Part shown: positions 38,939 to 50,258 of the stretch, one piece after another
How the letters are laid out: every line of letters starts with the position of its first letter
Position numbering within the stretch: position 1 is the first letter of the stretch
Assembly: GCA_048013815.1 (NCBI GenBank)
Contig: CM106586.1
Location: 22,754,001-22,818,000 of the forward strand
Source of the DNA: Setoptus koraiensis
Taxonomy: Eukaryota > Animalia > Arthropoda
Direction: 5' to 3'
Length of the DNA: 64,000 nucleotides
Translations under genes and position numbers: made by a program
The notes under the pieces: generated by a model
What the model was told of the DNA's origin: nothing
Databases searched by the model: none
The model's input: only the letters and a program-made list of their open reading frames with translations

Positions 38939-41900
38939 ATGTGGCCCAGCAACATGAGCAGCAGCAGCAGGGACTTTGATTGCGACAACGGGAACAAGTG
39001 CGGCAAATGCCAAAACCACGACTTTGAGGTGCTCAAAAAAGGTACGCCACCGATCCTCTGTTATATCGACCCTTCGTTATATCGATCATGCATTGTATCG
39101 ATCGTCCATTGTATCGATCGTCCATTGTATCGATCGTTCATTGTATCGATCGTTCATTGTATCGATCGTTCCTGTTGCCGATTATTCATTATATCGTCTG
39201 CTGACAACGTCTCGTGGCACTTTTCGCTGCAACTCCCACGCCAGGTCACGCCAGAGATTGTCCCTTCAAGAAGTGCATGTGCCTAAGATGTCGCCTACTG
39301 GACGCCAGAAGGTAAGTAGAGCCGTCACAAATCGATGTGCATCATCGACCAATCACTCGCATCATCGACAAATCACTCGCATCATCGACGAATCGCCAGT
39401 GCGTCATCAGTTGTTTTTCGCTGGCTCAAGCTGGCCACGATGATACGACAAACGATGACGCGATACACGATGATGTGATACATTCGGTTACGATAGGGCC
39501 ACTCACTCCAGCTTTGCGATCACTCCACCTTGCTCATCAAATGTATGATCAACAAGTGACATCCTCCAAGTGATTAGCGGCAAAGAAACCAAACTCAAGG
39601 GCACCAAAAAGGATCCGAACTGCGGCTATTGCCAGAATCACGGCGTGAAAATACTCAGAAAAGGTGAGCTTAATTAATTAATTGACCGCGCTAATTGGTG
39701 CCGATTGCTTCGGTTGGCCCGCAGCCGACACAAGCCGATTGAGACCAATTGTTAGATTGTGAGCGCATTGGACCGATACCCGATTGGCGGGCGAGCCGAC
39801 CAATCGATACAAACTGTTACCTGACCGACGTTGTATTTGTGTCGGCCCACCCACGCACCGGCCGCTTGTTTGTTTGTATGTTTGCTTATCTGTTTGTCTA
39901 TTTATTTTGTCCATTTGTTTGTTTGTGTCGTGACGCAACGCAACGCGTCGTCGACAGGCCATGTGAGGAGCTGCGGCTTTGGACAGGAGCGCCACTTCCA
40001 GCGTGATAATTGTTTCGATTGCGAGGTGCACTTCATACGCAACGAGGTCAATCGGTTGCAGATAAAGATGCGCCGTGCCATGAAAGAGGACAAAAATCTC
40101 ACCGAGGAACAGCGGAGAACAGCCAGAGAAGCCATCACCAGAGAGGAGGTGGAGAAAGGTGAGTTATTATCAATATTAATGCTCGATCTGGCCTATAGTT
40201 GGCCTATCTGTCTCTGTTTGAGCTATCTCGCTCGTCGTTGTGCCCGTCGTATGCGACTATGTGTATGTCGTATGACTGTGTCGTATGTATGCGAGTGGAT
40301 GCGGCAAGATGGTCGCTGATTTATATCATTTTGTTTGTTGTTTTATTTGGTCGTCGTTTGTTTTGTTTCGGCTGCCGTGGGGCTGCCTAGCCAGCGTGTG
40401 TGTGTTTGTGGGCTCAAATGCTAGTTAGTTGCAAGTTTCGGATTGCCAGTCGCGAGCTGCCAGTCGGCGAAATATCGCCGAGGAAATATCACGAGCCAGG
40501 GCCATTATGGTTAATGTGTTTGTTGTTTAGAAAACTTGTTATCGCTTGTTGTTCTTTCTATGATTATTGTTCATTTGTACCATTATTGAAGCATCAACAT
40601 TTGATTGTTGTGTGTCATTTGATAGACGCGAAAGAGCGAGCCAGCGATTCACACAGAGAGAGAGAGAAAGAGTTGTTGCGAATTGGTCGTTGCTCAAATC
40701 GCGGCCTGCGAACGGCCAAATCGCAGCCAGAGAAGCCATAGGCAATTGGGCATAAAACAACTGCAACAACAACAACCAAATTAGTCATACTTGTCTGCTC
40801 AATGTTAAATGCTAAATGAGTCGTTGTGAGTGTGTTATATTACAGATATTGCCTGTTTATAGCAGCAGTCGGTTGGTCTGAAAACAATCAAATCGCAGCC
40901 ACGGCGACATGATAACACGGCTAGTTTGTTTGTTGCGCAACTGCGTCATCGCTGCCTGGTGAGGCGGCGGCAACAACAGCAACCTCACCAACAGCAACAA
41001 CCTCACCAACAACAGCGGCAACAGCAACAATAGCACCAACAACAGCGGCAACAGCAACAACAGCAACAACAACAGCAACAACCCAAACAGCAACAACCAA
41101 AACAGCAACAACAGCGACAACCGCAAGCAAGGCGAGAGAAAATCTCGGCTTCTATCACAATTATAATTATGATTTACGCAACTGCCGCAATGGCCGCCAC
41201 TAGCGTCATGGCGGCCGTCATGGCCGTCGTCGCATAATAGAAGAGTTATAACAACAACAACAACAGCACAACATTTTTGCTCTCGGCTAATGTTAATCTG
41301 TGATTGATTGAAACGGCGCGAACGTGCCTTTCGGCTCTTCTCGTTTGGGCTGGGCTCTTCAAGTTCGGGCTTGGCTCGGCCCGGCGGGCCGGCCGGCCGG
41401 CCGGCGAACGCGCCGATTCGGGCCGCAACCAGCGACCGACAAACAAACACAAACAAACATAAATAATTAACATGTACAAACGGGCCTGCGAGCATGGGCA
41501 CAAGTTGCGCAACTTGTTCGCTCGCTTGTTTGTTTGTTTGCGCTGTTGTCGCTCTGTCGTTGCGCTGTTGTTGCCCTGTTGTTGTGCTGTTGTTGTGCCG
41601 CTGTTGTGCCGGCCGCAAGCAAACCTATATTGCCGGCCGGTGCCCAGCGCGCGATTCTATAATGCACATTGTGTGTGCGATATGCGACTCGGCCGATCCC
41701 TTTGTTTGCATGTTGTTGGCGTGTTGTTTGCATGTTGTTGCGTGCTGTTGTTGCGCTGTTGTTGCGCTGTCGGTGTGCGAGTCGCCAGCTGATCGCCGGG
41801 GTTGACACGAGCTACGATTGGGGCGACAGGTGAACTGTCACTGTTTTTACAACTTCTGTCAGTGCCACTCTTCAGCTCGCTGCAACACGCGCGCTTCTAG

Positions 41901-42722
41901 CGCGCGCATTTCTAACGCGAGCCGCTAAATTAACTGTAATCAACTAACTTTACTCACCTGTAATCACCTGTGCTCGCTCGTTACGTCACTACTGGACACA
42001 CACAAGTGTGCAACATGGCTAGGTGCGCGCGGGAGCGTCGCGAGAGCACCACCGGACTGAGTCAACAGGAACAGGAGCAATTGCAACACCAACAACAGCA
42101 ACCGCAACAGGCCCTGGCGGCCGCTCTCGACGACACGGTCAGCTCGGTGTGGCGTCCGTGGTCGTCAGCTGACCACTCGGTGGCGGTGCAATTGTCGCTT
42201 GGCGCCCTCACGTCGATGGCAATGAACCAGTACTATTTGAATCACATGAGCGCGCGCAATAACCGATCAAACAACGGCAACAGCAACACAACAACGCAAA
42301 ACAACAGCAGCGGCAATACCCAAGCAGCTGGCAACAACAGCAACAACAACAACAACATCAACATCAACGATAATCACAATGGAGTCGTAAATTATACACT
42401 CAACCAACTGTTCGCAGTCGGTGGTGCAACCGGTGATAATCACGCCACTACGGCAATGATGAATATTATGCAACAGCAACACCAGAGACAACTACACAAT
42501 CAGCAACAGCCCAACCATCACAACAACCCGCAACAGCAGCACAACAACCAGCAACAGCAGCAACAACCAAATCACAACGGCAACAACCAACAGCAGCACT
42601 ACAACCAGCAGCAACAGCAGCGCGATTTGCAGCAACAACTCACTTCGTCCTCGCCCCTCTCGAACGCGGTCGCTTGCGACTTGAGCTTGGACAAACACCT
42701 AAGACGGGCGACCACCAACTAG
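38939..42722 (+). CDS. Dmrt: Doublesex/mab-3-related (Dmrt) transcription factor with two DM domains; proposed exons 38939-39041, 39245-39311, 39557-39663, 39960-40159, 42007-42722
   Basis: DM1 = CGKCQNHDFEVLKKG|HARDCPFKKCMCLRC; DM2 = CGYCQNHGVKILRKG|HVRSCGFGQERHFQRDNCFDC..RNEVNRLQIKMRR; consensus donors at 39042, 39312, 39664, 40160; Q/N-rich last exon. DM exons are confident; the 39557 acceptor and last-exon link are less so. Confidence 0.8.
39092..39166. promoter_or_regulatory. Five 16-bp tandem units each containing ATTGTATCGAT, resembling DM-domain binding sites, in Dmrt intron 1
   Basis: Units at 39092, 39108, 39124, 39140, 39156; the regulatory role is inference. Confidence 0.4.
39339..39396 (+). 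repeat. 20-bp tandem repeat GCATCATCGACNAATCACTC x3 in Dmrt intron 2
   Basis: Directly visible; related copy at 38691-38706. Confidence 0.85.
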
Positions 42723-44449
42723 GACCACACATACCAACAACAACAACAACAACTATTATTAGCCATCGTTAATTTAATGTATGCAATTTATGCAACACAC
42801 ACACACACACACACTCGGACGTGGGCAACAAACAACTCAAATAAATCAATTATAATTCATGTAAAAACTCTTTCTCGCTACTATCGATAATTGGTAACGA
42901 CGGCGCTCGTTGTTGCGCTGTCAGCTCGTCGCTCGGCATGTCCGGCAACGCAAACGATTACGACCAGCGTGATGGTCATTTTGCGGGCCGTCACCACCAC
43001 AACCACAATCCAGCGATAGGCCTTATTGAGCAAGCATCCAATCGACACACGACTGATTAATTGTGAATAACTAATGAATGGCGCTACATTCGCGCACGCA
43101 TTTGGACGTGCCATGACGAGGCAAACCGAACGAAAAAACCCGATTTTCACTCCCCGCAACAAAGGCCCCGCAACAAACGAACCACAACAACCGACCCACA
43201 ACAATCGACCCACAACAAACGAGCAACGGACGGATAAACTGCAACTTGGGCAGTATCAATCAGTGTCTTATATACGAGAACATAATCAACAACTCACGAC
43301 AATCAACTCAATGTCGCGCGTGTGTCAAACAGACAAGATTAAAGTGAGCAAACGTAGACAAGAAACCAATTGGAGATCTTTCATGGCAGCATATTAATTG
43401 GATTGTATTATTTTAACCGCATCAGCGTCATTGTGCGTTGATTTGTTGCCCATTAAATACCAATTAGATACCAATAAAATATTACCACTGATCAGCATAG
43501 CATGCAATAGCAAACACATTTGGTAATGCAACGAGTGTGGCAACAAAAACGAACTCAGATAAGAAGACACAAACAACACAACAAATTGGTGATACAAAAG
43601 TCTGACTAACGAGTCTAGTCTCATCGACATTTGTCGCAATGTTCAGATACAAACTTAACCTCAAAGGCCCCTCTGAACATGGCGACGATTCGCGTCACAA
43701 TTAATTTCGCACACACACACACACACACACTCCTGACACGTCGAAACGACCGCAAACAACCGATGCACAACCAATCAACAGGAGAACAGGTTGGTTACAC
43801 AATACGCACGAGCTGTTCACATATTCAATCACAACACATTGCCTACATCATGGTTAACTAATTACAATGGAGATAAGCTAGCAATTAAAGAGAAGACGAA
43901 ATTTATTAATCATTATTCACTCAGCAACCGCTGGCAACCAAGTAAGTAGACGCACTGTACGCTGCCTGTATGGTGGCGAACCAGAAACGAAACAAATCAC
44001 GTCGGCAATATTGACATTATCCGTTCATGTCTATTTGTCGTTTGTTCTTGTCTATTTCAATCATTTCTCAGATATACATCGCATCGCGCAATGACCGTTG
44101 TGAGTAGGTTCTCTTTTGTCAAGACAATAAGTGATCGCAAACTAGGAAACTCTCAAAACAAGACGCCGTAAAGGCAACACAGCAGTTTGGTCGAATATAT
44201 TCGAGCCCGAACTATCAATTAATTCAATTAATTTAGCACCAATCAATTAACCAACAATCAATTCCAATTCAAGGTGAGACTGACCCGAATAACTGAATTG
44301 TTTCTTTATCGATTCTGTAGATAACAGCACAGTACTAACTGATCGTCAATGTTATTTCGTTATGTTTCATCTGACACGATATTTTTTCAGGAAGACACTA
44401 GTGACAGTAACTGATTTGTTGCCATGTTTGCAAGCTTGGCCGATGCTAG

Positions 44450-45160
44450 GAGGATACGCCGAATATTTGTGCTTCAACATCTGACAACAATGATCCGGAA
44501 TGGACAGCAATCGGCAGACATTTTATGTCGATAATAGATAAGGGCCGCCGGACAGCTCTCTTGCTATGGATGTATACGTCTGGCAATGTCACAAAAATTC
44601 AGTTTTCAGACATGCAGTCTGCATTATGTCTAACATCTTGATAGCTATTTATTATTAAATTGAGCTCTTGCAAATTGGGATGCGAGCAACTTGCAATAGT
44701 TTTGCATCTATTCGTTCAGCATCATCTGTTGCTGGTGAAGGGCAAAAAGGAGCGAAGGCAGTTTTCCGAGGGGATTCCTCGGATTTTTCTCACAACATTT
44801 TACAATCTAATCCGCTGCTTCTCTGAAATATCTTGGGTCGACCTCGAATTCATCCGCTTCATCGCCGTAGAATGAGCTCCAGTCAGAATTATCACCGCAA
44901 GCAGTCATCTGCTTGCCGTTCAGGTATATCTAATGAAATGTCAGTCATCTAATGGAATGTCAGTGTAGAAATGAGTGAAAACAATTTTCGGCCAATGGTA
45001 ACGCGATATCTTTTCATGCTGCTGAGATCAGCTTTATTGAAACATTGCTCCAGATTTTAAAAACGCATTTTCTCTGTTTAGGTAGCTGTTTAATCGCTGA
45101 ATTTTCCGTCTCTATCTACACTCGTTGTCGAAAGGCCGCCGATGATGAGATTCCAGCTGG
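44450..45160 (-). pseudogene. Possible degenerate third unit of the protease locus (upstream-element copy plus decayed coding-like remnants)
   Basis: 44974-45041 is a ~93% reverse-complement match to 47978-48044; short remnants (FEVD; KLLQVARIPI) weakly resemble the paralogues. Confidence 0.35.
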
Positions 45161-45178
45161 ATAAGCAATCTATGTCAA

Positions 45179-46859
45179 TTAAATTCCACCCGTTATACCC
45201 TTGATCCAATCAATATAATGTATTACTCTTACGTAACCAGCGTAGCCCTTCAGGCAACCTCTTCCGACAATCGACGACAAGCCATACACTATCCATTTGC
45301 CGTCTTTATCAGGCGCCATAGCGGGTCCACCGCTGTCACCGCTGCAAGGTTTTGGCCCGTAGACATTATCATAACCGACACAAAATGATTTCTCATGGTC
45401 ATATAAACGCTTAAAAGAAGCGGAACACGTTTCCCATGTTTGCACATGTACAACGGCTTCCATTAGTTTGTCTGCGCGCTCTAAAGTTTCTATGCGGCCC
45501 CAGCCCGCTATGGTCAGTGAGGTGCCAGCATCAGGTACCACTCCGGAGTGCGATCGTTTTTTCTCTGCTTGCCGTTGCTTTGGGCTGGTATTTTCAGATT
45601 CCAATCCCTTATTCTTCGGCCAGAATGAGAGGTCTTTTTTCTCATCATTGTTGAACGGTGTTCTAACGGTGTTATTGTCCCAACTTGTGAATTGATTTTC
45701 GCCTTTGTCGAATTCGCTGGATTGAAAGTTTCTCTCTGGTTTCTTGCGCAACTGTTGTACTTCGTGGGATCGCCTTATTTGGTTAGTATAGTTCGAGGGA
45801 CTGTCAGCTAGTTGGCTCCGGTCTAAGGAACAATCGTACGATGCTATTTCGGGCAAGCATACTGGTCTGACGTAGTCGTTGTAAACTAGTGGTTCGTCCA
45901 ATTCCAAGAGGCCTATATCATTCGAGAGGCCTAGAATTCCGACACCAACAGCATCCGGAATAATTTCGTATTCGGGATGAATATGTTTCTTTTTCACTTG
46001 TCTTATCTGCACATAAGCATTTGTATCATGTGAATAATGACAGCCGATGCGAACATAATCACATGCCTGAAGACAATGTCCCACGGTCAAAATGAATGAT
46101 CTACTAATAACAGATCCGCCACATTCTTTGGAATCCTCGTAACCTTCCGCTGACCATATCTGTACCATCCATGGATAGGCATGAGGCGCCGCTTCATTGC
46201 CATTGACAATATAACCATTCTTAGAAATTCGTTCTACCATGCATATCATATGAAAACGAAAGAAAACATGAATAAATCAGCAGTTCTCCCAGAATATGAA
46301 GACTAGCAACTTCGACATAAATCGGGTTAGAAAGGAAATTCGGGCAAATAGCCGCTGGAAATAGTTTCTCTATTCTCGATCCATCCCAGTCTTGTGATGT
46401 CTGTCATGCTGTACCACCAAATCAACTTTCCGAAACACTCAAGCTTTGAATTTGATACCAGAAATGCAGCCATATCTAATCCGATGATAGAATCAATCAA
46501 CAGCACTCACGGTTTACCTAGTCATAGAGGTCTGCTGGAGTTCCACACGCAACATCTTGACTATCTCTATTTCTCTTCGAAGAAACCTTTATCTTTGACA
46601 GTTTCTTGTTTGGCTTCTTGCTCTCGGTGGATGTTTTTCCTATTCTGACTGTTCCTCTCTTGTTGGCAGTCGATTCCTGCTCAGGTATTCGGTTTCTTGA
46701 CAATTAGTTGTCTCATGTCGGCTGTCGCTCAAGCCGATCATAGGTTCTCATCTCATTTGTTGTGTCTCGGTGTGTATCGAGCTCCAACTGCATTGAGCCA
46801 ATAGTCTGAGAAATCAGCAAGTAGATGGCACCTAGGTATAGGCATAGTGAATAACACAT
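45179..46859 (-). pseudogene. S1 serine protease copy 1; exon 1 (46859-46511) has three in-frame stops, exon 2 (46233-45179) is intact with catalytic triad
   Basis: IVNG..AAPHAYPWMV, LTVGHC, NDIGLL, GDSGGP; exon 1 is homologous to copy 2's signal/pro exon but has TGA 46715, TAA 46706, TAG 46520; phase-1 GTGAGT..AG intron. Confidence 0.7.
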
Positions 46860-47039
46860 AGTTCCTTTGATATAAAACAAGGCAGAGCTGGAGACGTAAT
46901 ATTTGTTTTTCTTATACGCCAATGTACACCAGTAGATTTCTGATAGCCAGTGTTAATAATAATGCAGCGGCAACATACAACTCATTTTTCTCCTGGCCAT
47001 TTCTGCAGCTCAGATATTCGATGATCACCATCATATCTA

Positions 47040-47133
47040 CACCCTCTTTACTAAATATTTTGACGGTCGGGCAGAAAGTGAGCTCAAAGCACACAGACTC
47101 GCACAACCGTCCAAATATTTAGTAAAGAGGGTG
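47040..47133. repeat. 28-bp inverted repeat (1 mismatch), 38-nt spacer, between the two protease genes
   Basis: 47040-47067 vs 47106-47133. Confidence 0.85.
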
Positions 47134-48183
47134 CATATCATTGCAAGCATTCGTCTGCTTTCTGTTTGTATATAAGGAGATCTTGATATTGTATCAAGTG
47201 GGAGTATTTTTCGGTCAATGGTAACGGGATGTCCCTTCATTCTGTTATGGCGAGTTGCTTCGCGCTTTGAAAACATTTTTGGTCGCTTTGTTCGGAGGAA
47301 GAAAGACACCTTACTATCTTAGCGAAAAAATCGATCCGTATAGGTCATGACTCATGAGCCTAAACATCAATCTACTTTTTCAATTCAATAGTGATTTTGT
47401 CGATCGACCGTCTTTCAATCATTTCTTTCAATCAATTCCATAAAACAGAGAGATTCTTCCATTGTTCGAGCGCCGGACGTCTTTCGTCGGCGGTAACGAT
47501 TCCGACAAGTCGAATGTATGCAACGTTGACATTGGTTGCGGATTCTACCGGAATCTCAGCATAGAAAGTTTGTGAAAATTCCATATCCATTATTAGGGCC
47601 AATAGAGTCGGTGGTTATTTTTGCCCTAAATCGGTAGAAATCATTCAAAAACCTGGGTTTTTTCGGTAGAAATCGGTAGAAACATACATGTTGCTCATGG
47701 ATAGCAACGAAAAACCGTTGAAATTTTTTCGCGCTCCTTCCACGACAGATAAATAGACCCAAAAGAGTTGAAACCCTAGTGTTAATTCATAGAATAGAGT
47801 GTGTGTGAGCTGGCAGATTTCGAATACAAAGTTTCCAAGTTTTCCCCTAGCTAGAAAATAAATCGGTTAATAACCGATTCTGTTGACCCTATCCATCATT
47901 GACATGTTGGCAACAGGTGGATCGAGAGGGAACTACTAGAACCGGTAAATTGTGCTTTGAAAGCATGAAGCAATAGTTCAATAAAACTGATCGTAGCAGC
48001 ATGAAAAGATATCGCATTACCATTGGCCGAGAATTGTTTTCACTTATTACTGCACTAAACTCTAATTAGATATACGTCATTATGATTAGCAACGGCGATC
48101 GGAAATTTATCGGTGTGCAGAAGTGTATACGCAACGCAAAGTTGCCCTTTCAGAAACATTGTTGTTTTGTTTCATATGTTGGA

Positions 48184-49771
48184 ATGATGTGTCAGTCACT
48201 GTGCTTATACGTGAGTATCGCCTACTTATTGATTGCTCTAACGATTGGTTTATCGGAGTTCGAGCTCGATACTCACCAAGGCGCAAGAAATGAGATGAGA
48301 ATCTTCGATTGGGATGAGCCAAATGTTCCGTCGAATGTTGGAAAGGATTCATCGTGGACAAATAGAGATAGTCAAAAAATCGAGTGCGGAACCAGAGTAA
48401 AATTCCCTGACAAACCAAATCGTAAGTGATATTGACTGATTCTCTCATCGGATCGAACCCACTGTTGAAAAACTGATGGAAATTTGATGTGTATCAGAAA
48501 GTTGATTTGATTGTTTTGTTTGACCGAAATAACCGGACTGGGCTAGATTGAGAATAGAAACTAGGGTTCTAGGACTCTATTTGTCCAGAGGTTTTTTCGT
48601 TGAACTCAATTTGCGACTCGATTCATATTTGAATTGCTAAGCCTCAAATTTCAGAAAAAAATGATATCCTAGGCCTCGATTGGAATGTCTTTTTCTCTCG
48701 TTTTTATGTATATGTTCATGCTCATGTATGGAAGAATATATTCCGAAGCCAGAATCTCGTGTTGTATGGGGTATAAAGGCAAAGCCCCATGCCTATCCAT
48801 GGATGGCCCAGATAAATCGGGGTAGAAATTTTTGGACGTTGTGCGGCGGATCTGTTGTCGCTAGATCATTCATACTGACGGCGGGACATTGTATGAACTA
48901 CAGTAAATTTGTTCACGTCGGCGCTATTGGTTATGAATGGCATTTCTCTGAAAATAGTACCAATGTTCAGTCGAGGACAGTCAAGAAGAAGCATGTGCAT
49001 CCCGAATTCTCCGAGCCGAATCCCACTTACAATGATATAGCCCTTCTGGAATTGGATGAACCACTAGTTTACAACGACTACGTCAGACCAGTATGCTTGC
49101 CCCCAGTGAAACGGTCCAGTTTCCCGTCAAACCGGGGCCAACTTGCCGATAGACCCACGAGTCATACTAGCAAAATGAGACAATCTTACCAGTCAGGCAA
49201 GAAACCAAAAAGAGTTGTCGAACGAGAACTTCAATCTGATGAGGTCAAACGGGGAGCAAAGCAATGCACAAAATCAGACAAAAGACAACTATCCAACAAT
49301 GGTGAAAGAGAAAAAACAACCTTCAGGGCCAAGAACAGAGGTTCAGAATCGAAAGATAGCAGCTTAGAGCAGCGGAAAGCAGTCGAAAAACGAGATAGAC
49401 TTCCAGACCATAAAGACGTCCTGACTGTTGCTGGCTGGGGCTTAACGGAATCAGGAATTCCATCTTCCTTTTTGATGGAGGCTAAAGTGCCCGTGGTGTC
49501 AGATGAAATATGTGCCGAGAAGTGGAAGCATCGAGATCAATTTAAAGCCGAACAAATGTTTTGTGCCGGCTATGACAATGCAACATTGCCAGATACTTGC
49601 GTATATGACAGTGGTGGGCCAGCCATGGCTGAGAATTCTGACCGAAAATGGGTAGTGTATGGCATTACGTCACTTGGCGCACCAAAATGCAACGAAAGCT
49701 ACGGCGTTTACTTTAGAGTGGTTCCGTACATGGGTTGGATCAGGAGTATAATCGGTACCGACGATCACTGA
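48184..49771 (+). CDS. Secreted S1 (trypsin-like, Asp189) serine protease copy 2; exons 48184-48421 and 48735 or 48753 to 49771
   Basis: Signal peptide MMCQSLCLYVSIAYLLIALTIG, activation site R|VVWG, LTAGHC, NDIALL, DTCVYDSGGP; phase-1 GTAAGT intron. Confidence 0.85.
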
Positions 49772-50258
49772 ATTGGGACCAATGAACAACACTTCTAAAT
49801 TTCGCCGACATCGGGTCGCAGATTCTTCAGAAATCTTACCTTCGGAAGATGCTTTAAAGTGAGCTTCTTTATGAAAATCTACCGTGCACCAACGTCATTC
49901 GAGCAACAAGTAGAGATAAAGGGGCAAATGCTTTGAACAAACAACTATCCGAACAGAGAAACAAACCATTTTGCGAACGCAACCTCCAATGAACGAATGT
50001 TCGAGTGAGTCAATCAATTGCGATGCTGGAAAAACTGCGCCAATCCAGACTAATCCTAAATGCGGAAAAATCTAACGGCTACCAGTAAAAAGCAGTTATT
50101 GGATAGGGAATCGATCTGGACTCGGATGTTCCAAACACGGAAAGTCTGATCCCATTCCACTGGGCCAGACGATCAAGGCTAACGATTAGAATCTTTTGTA
50201 AATGTAAATGATTTAAATCAATAGCCAGGCTATCAAAATCATTAGTCCACTTACTGTC

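Noticed and set aside
40960-41160. Asn/Ser-rich CAA/CAG tract in the Dmrt intron as a coding exon
   Set aside because: In-frame stops flank it and I found no convincing acceptor; treated as low complexity.
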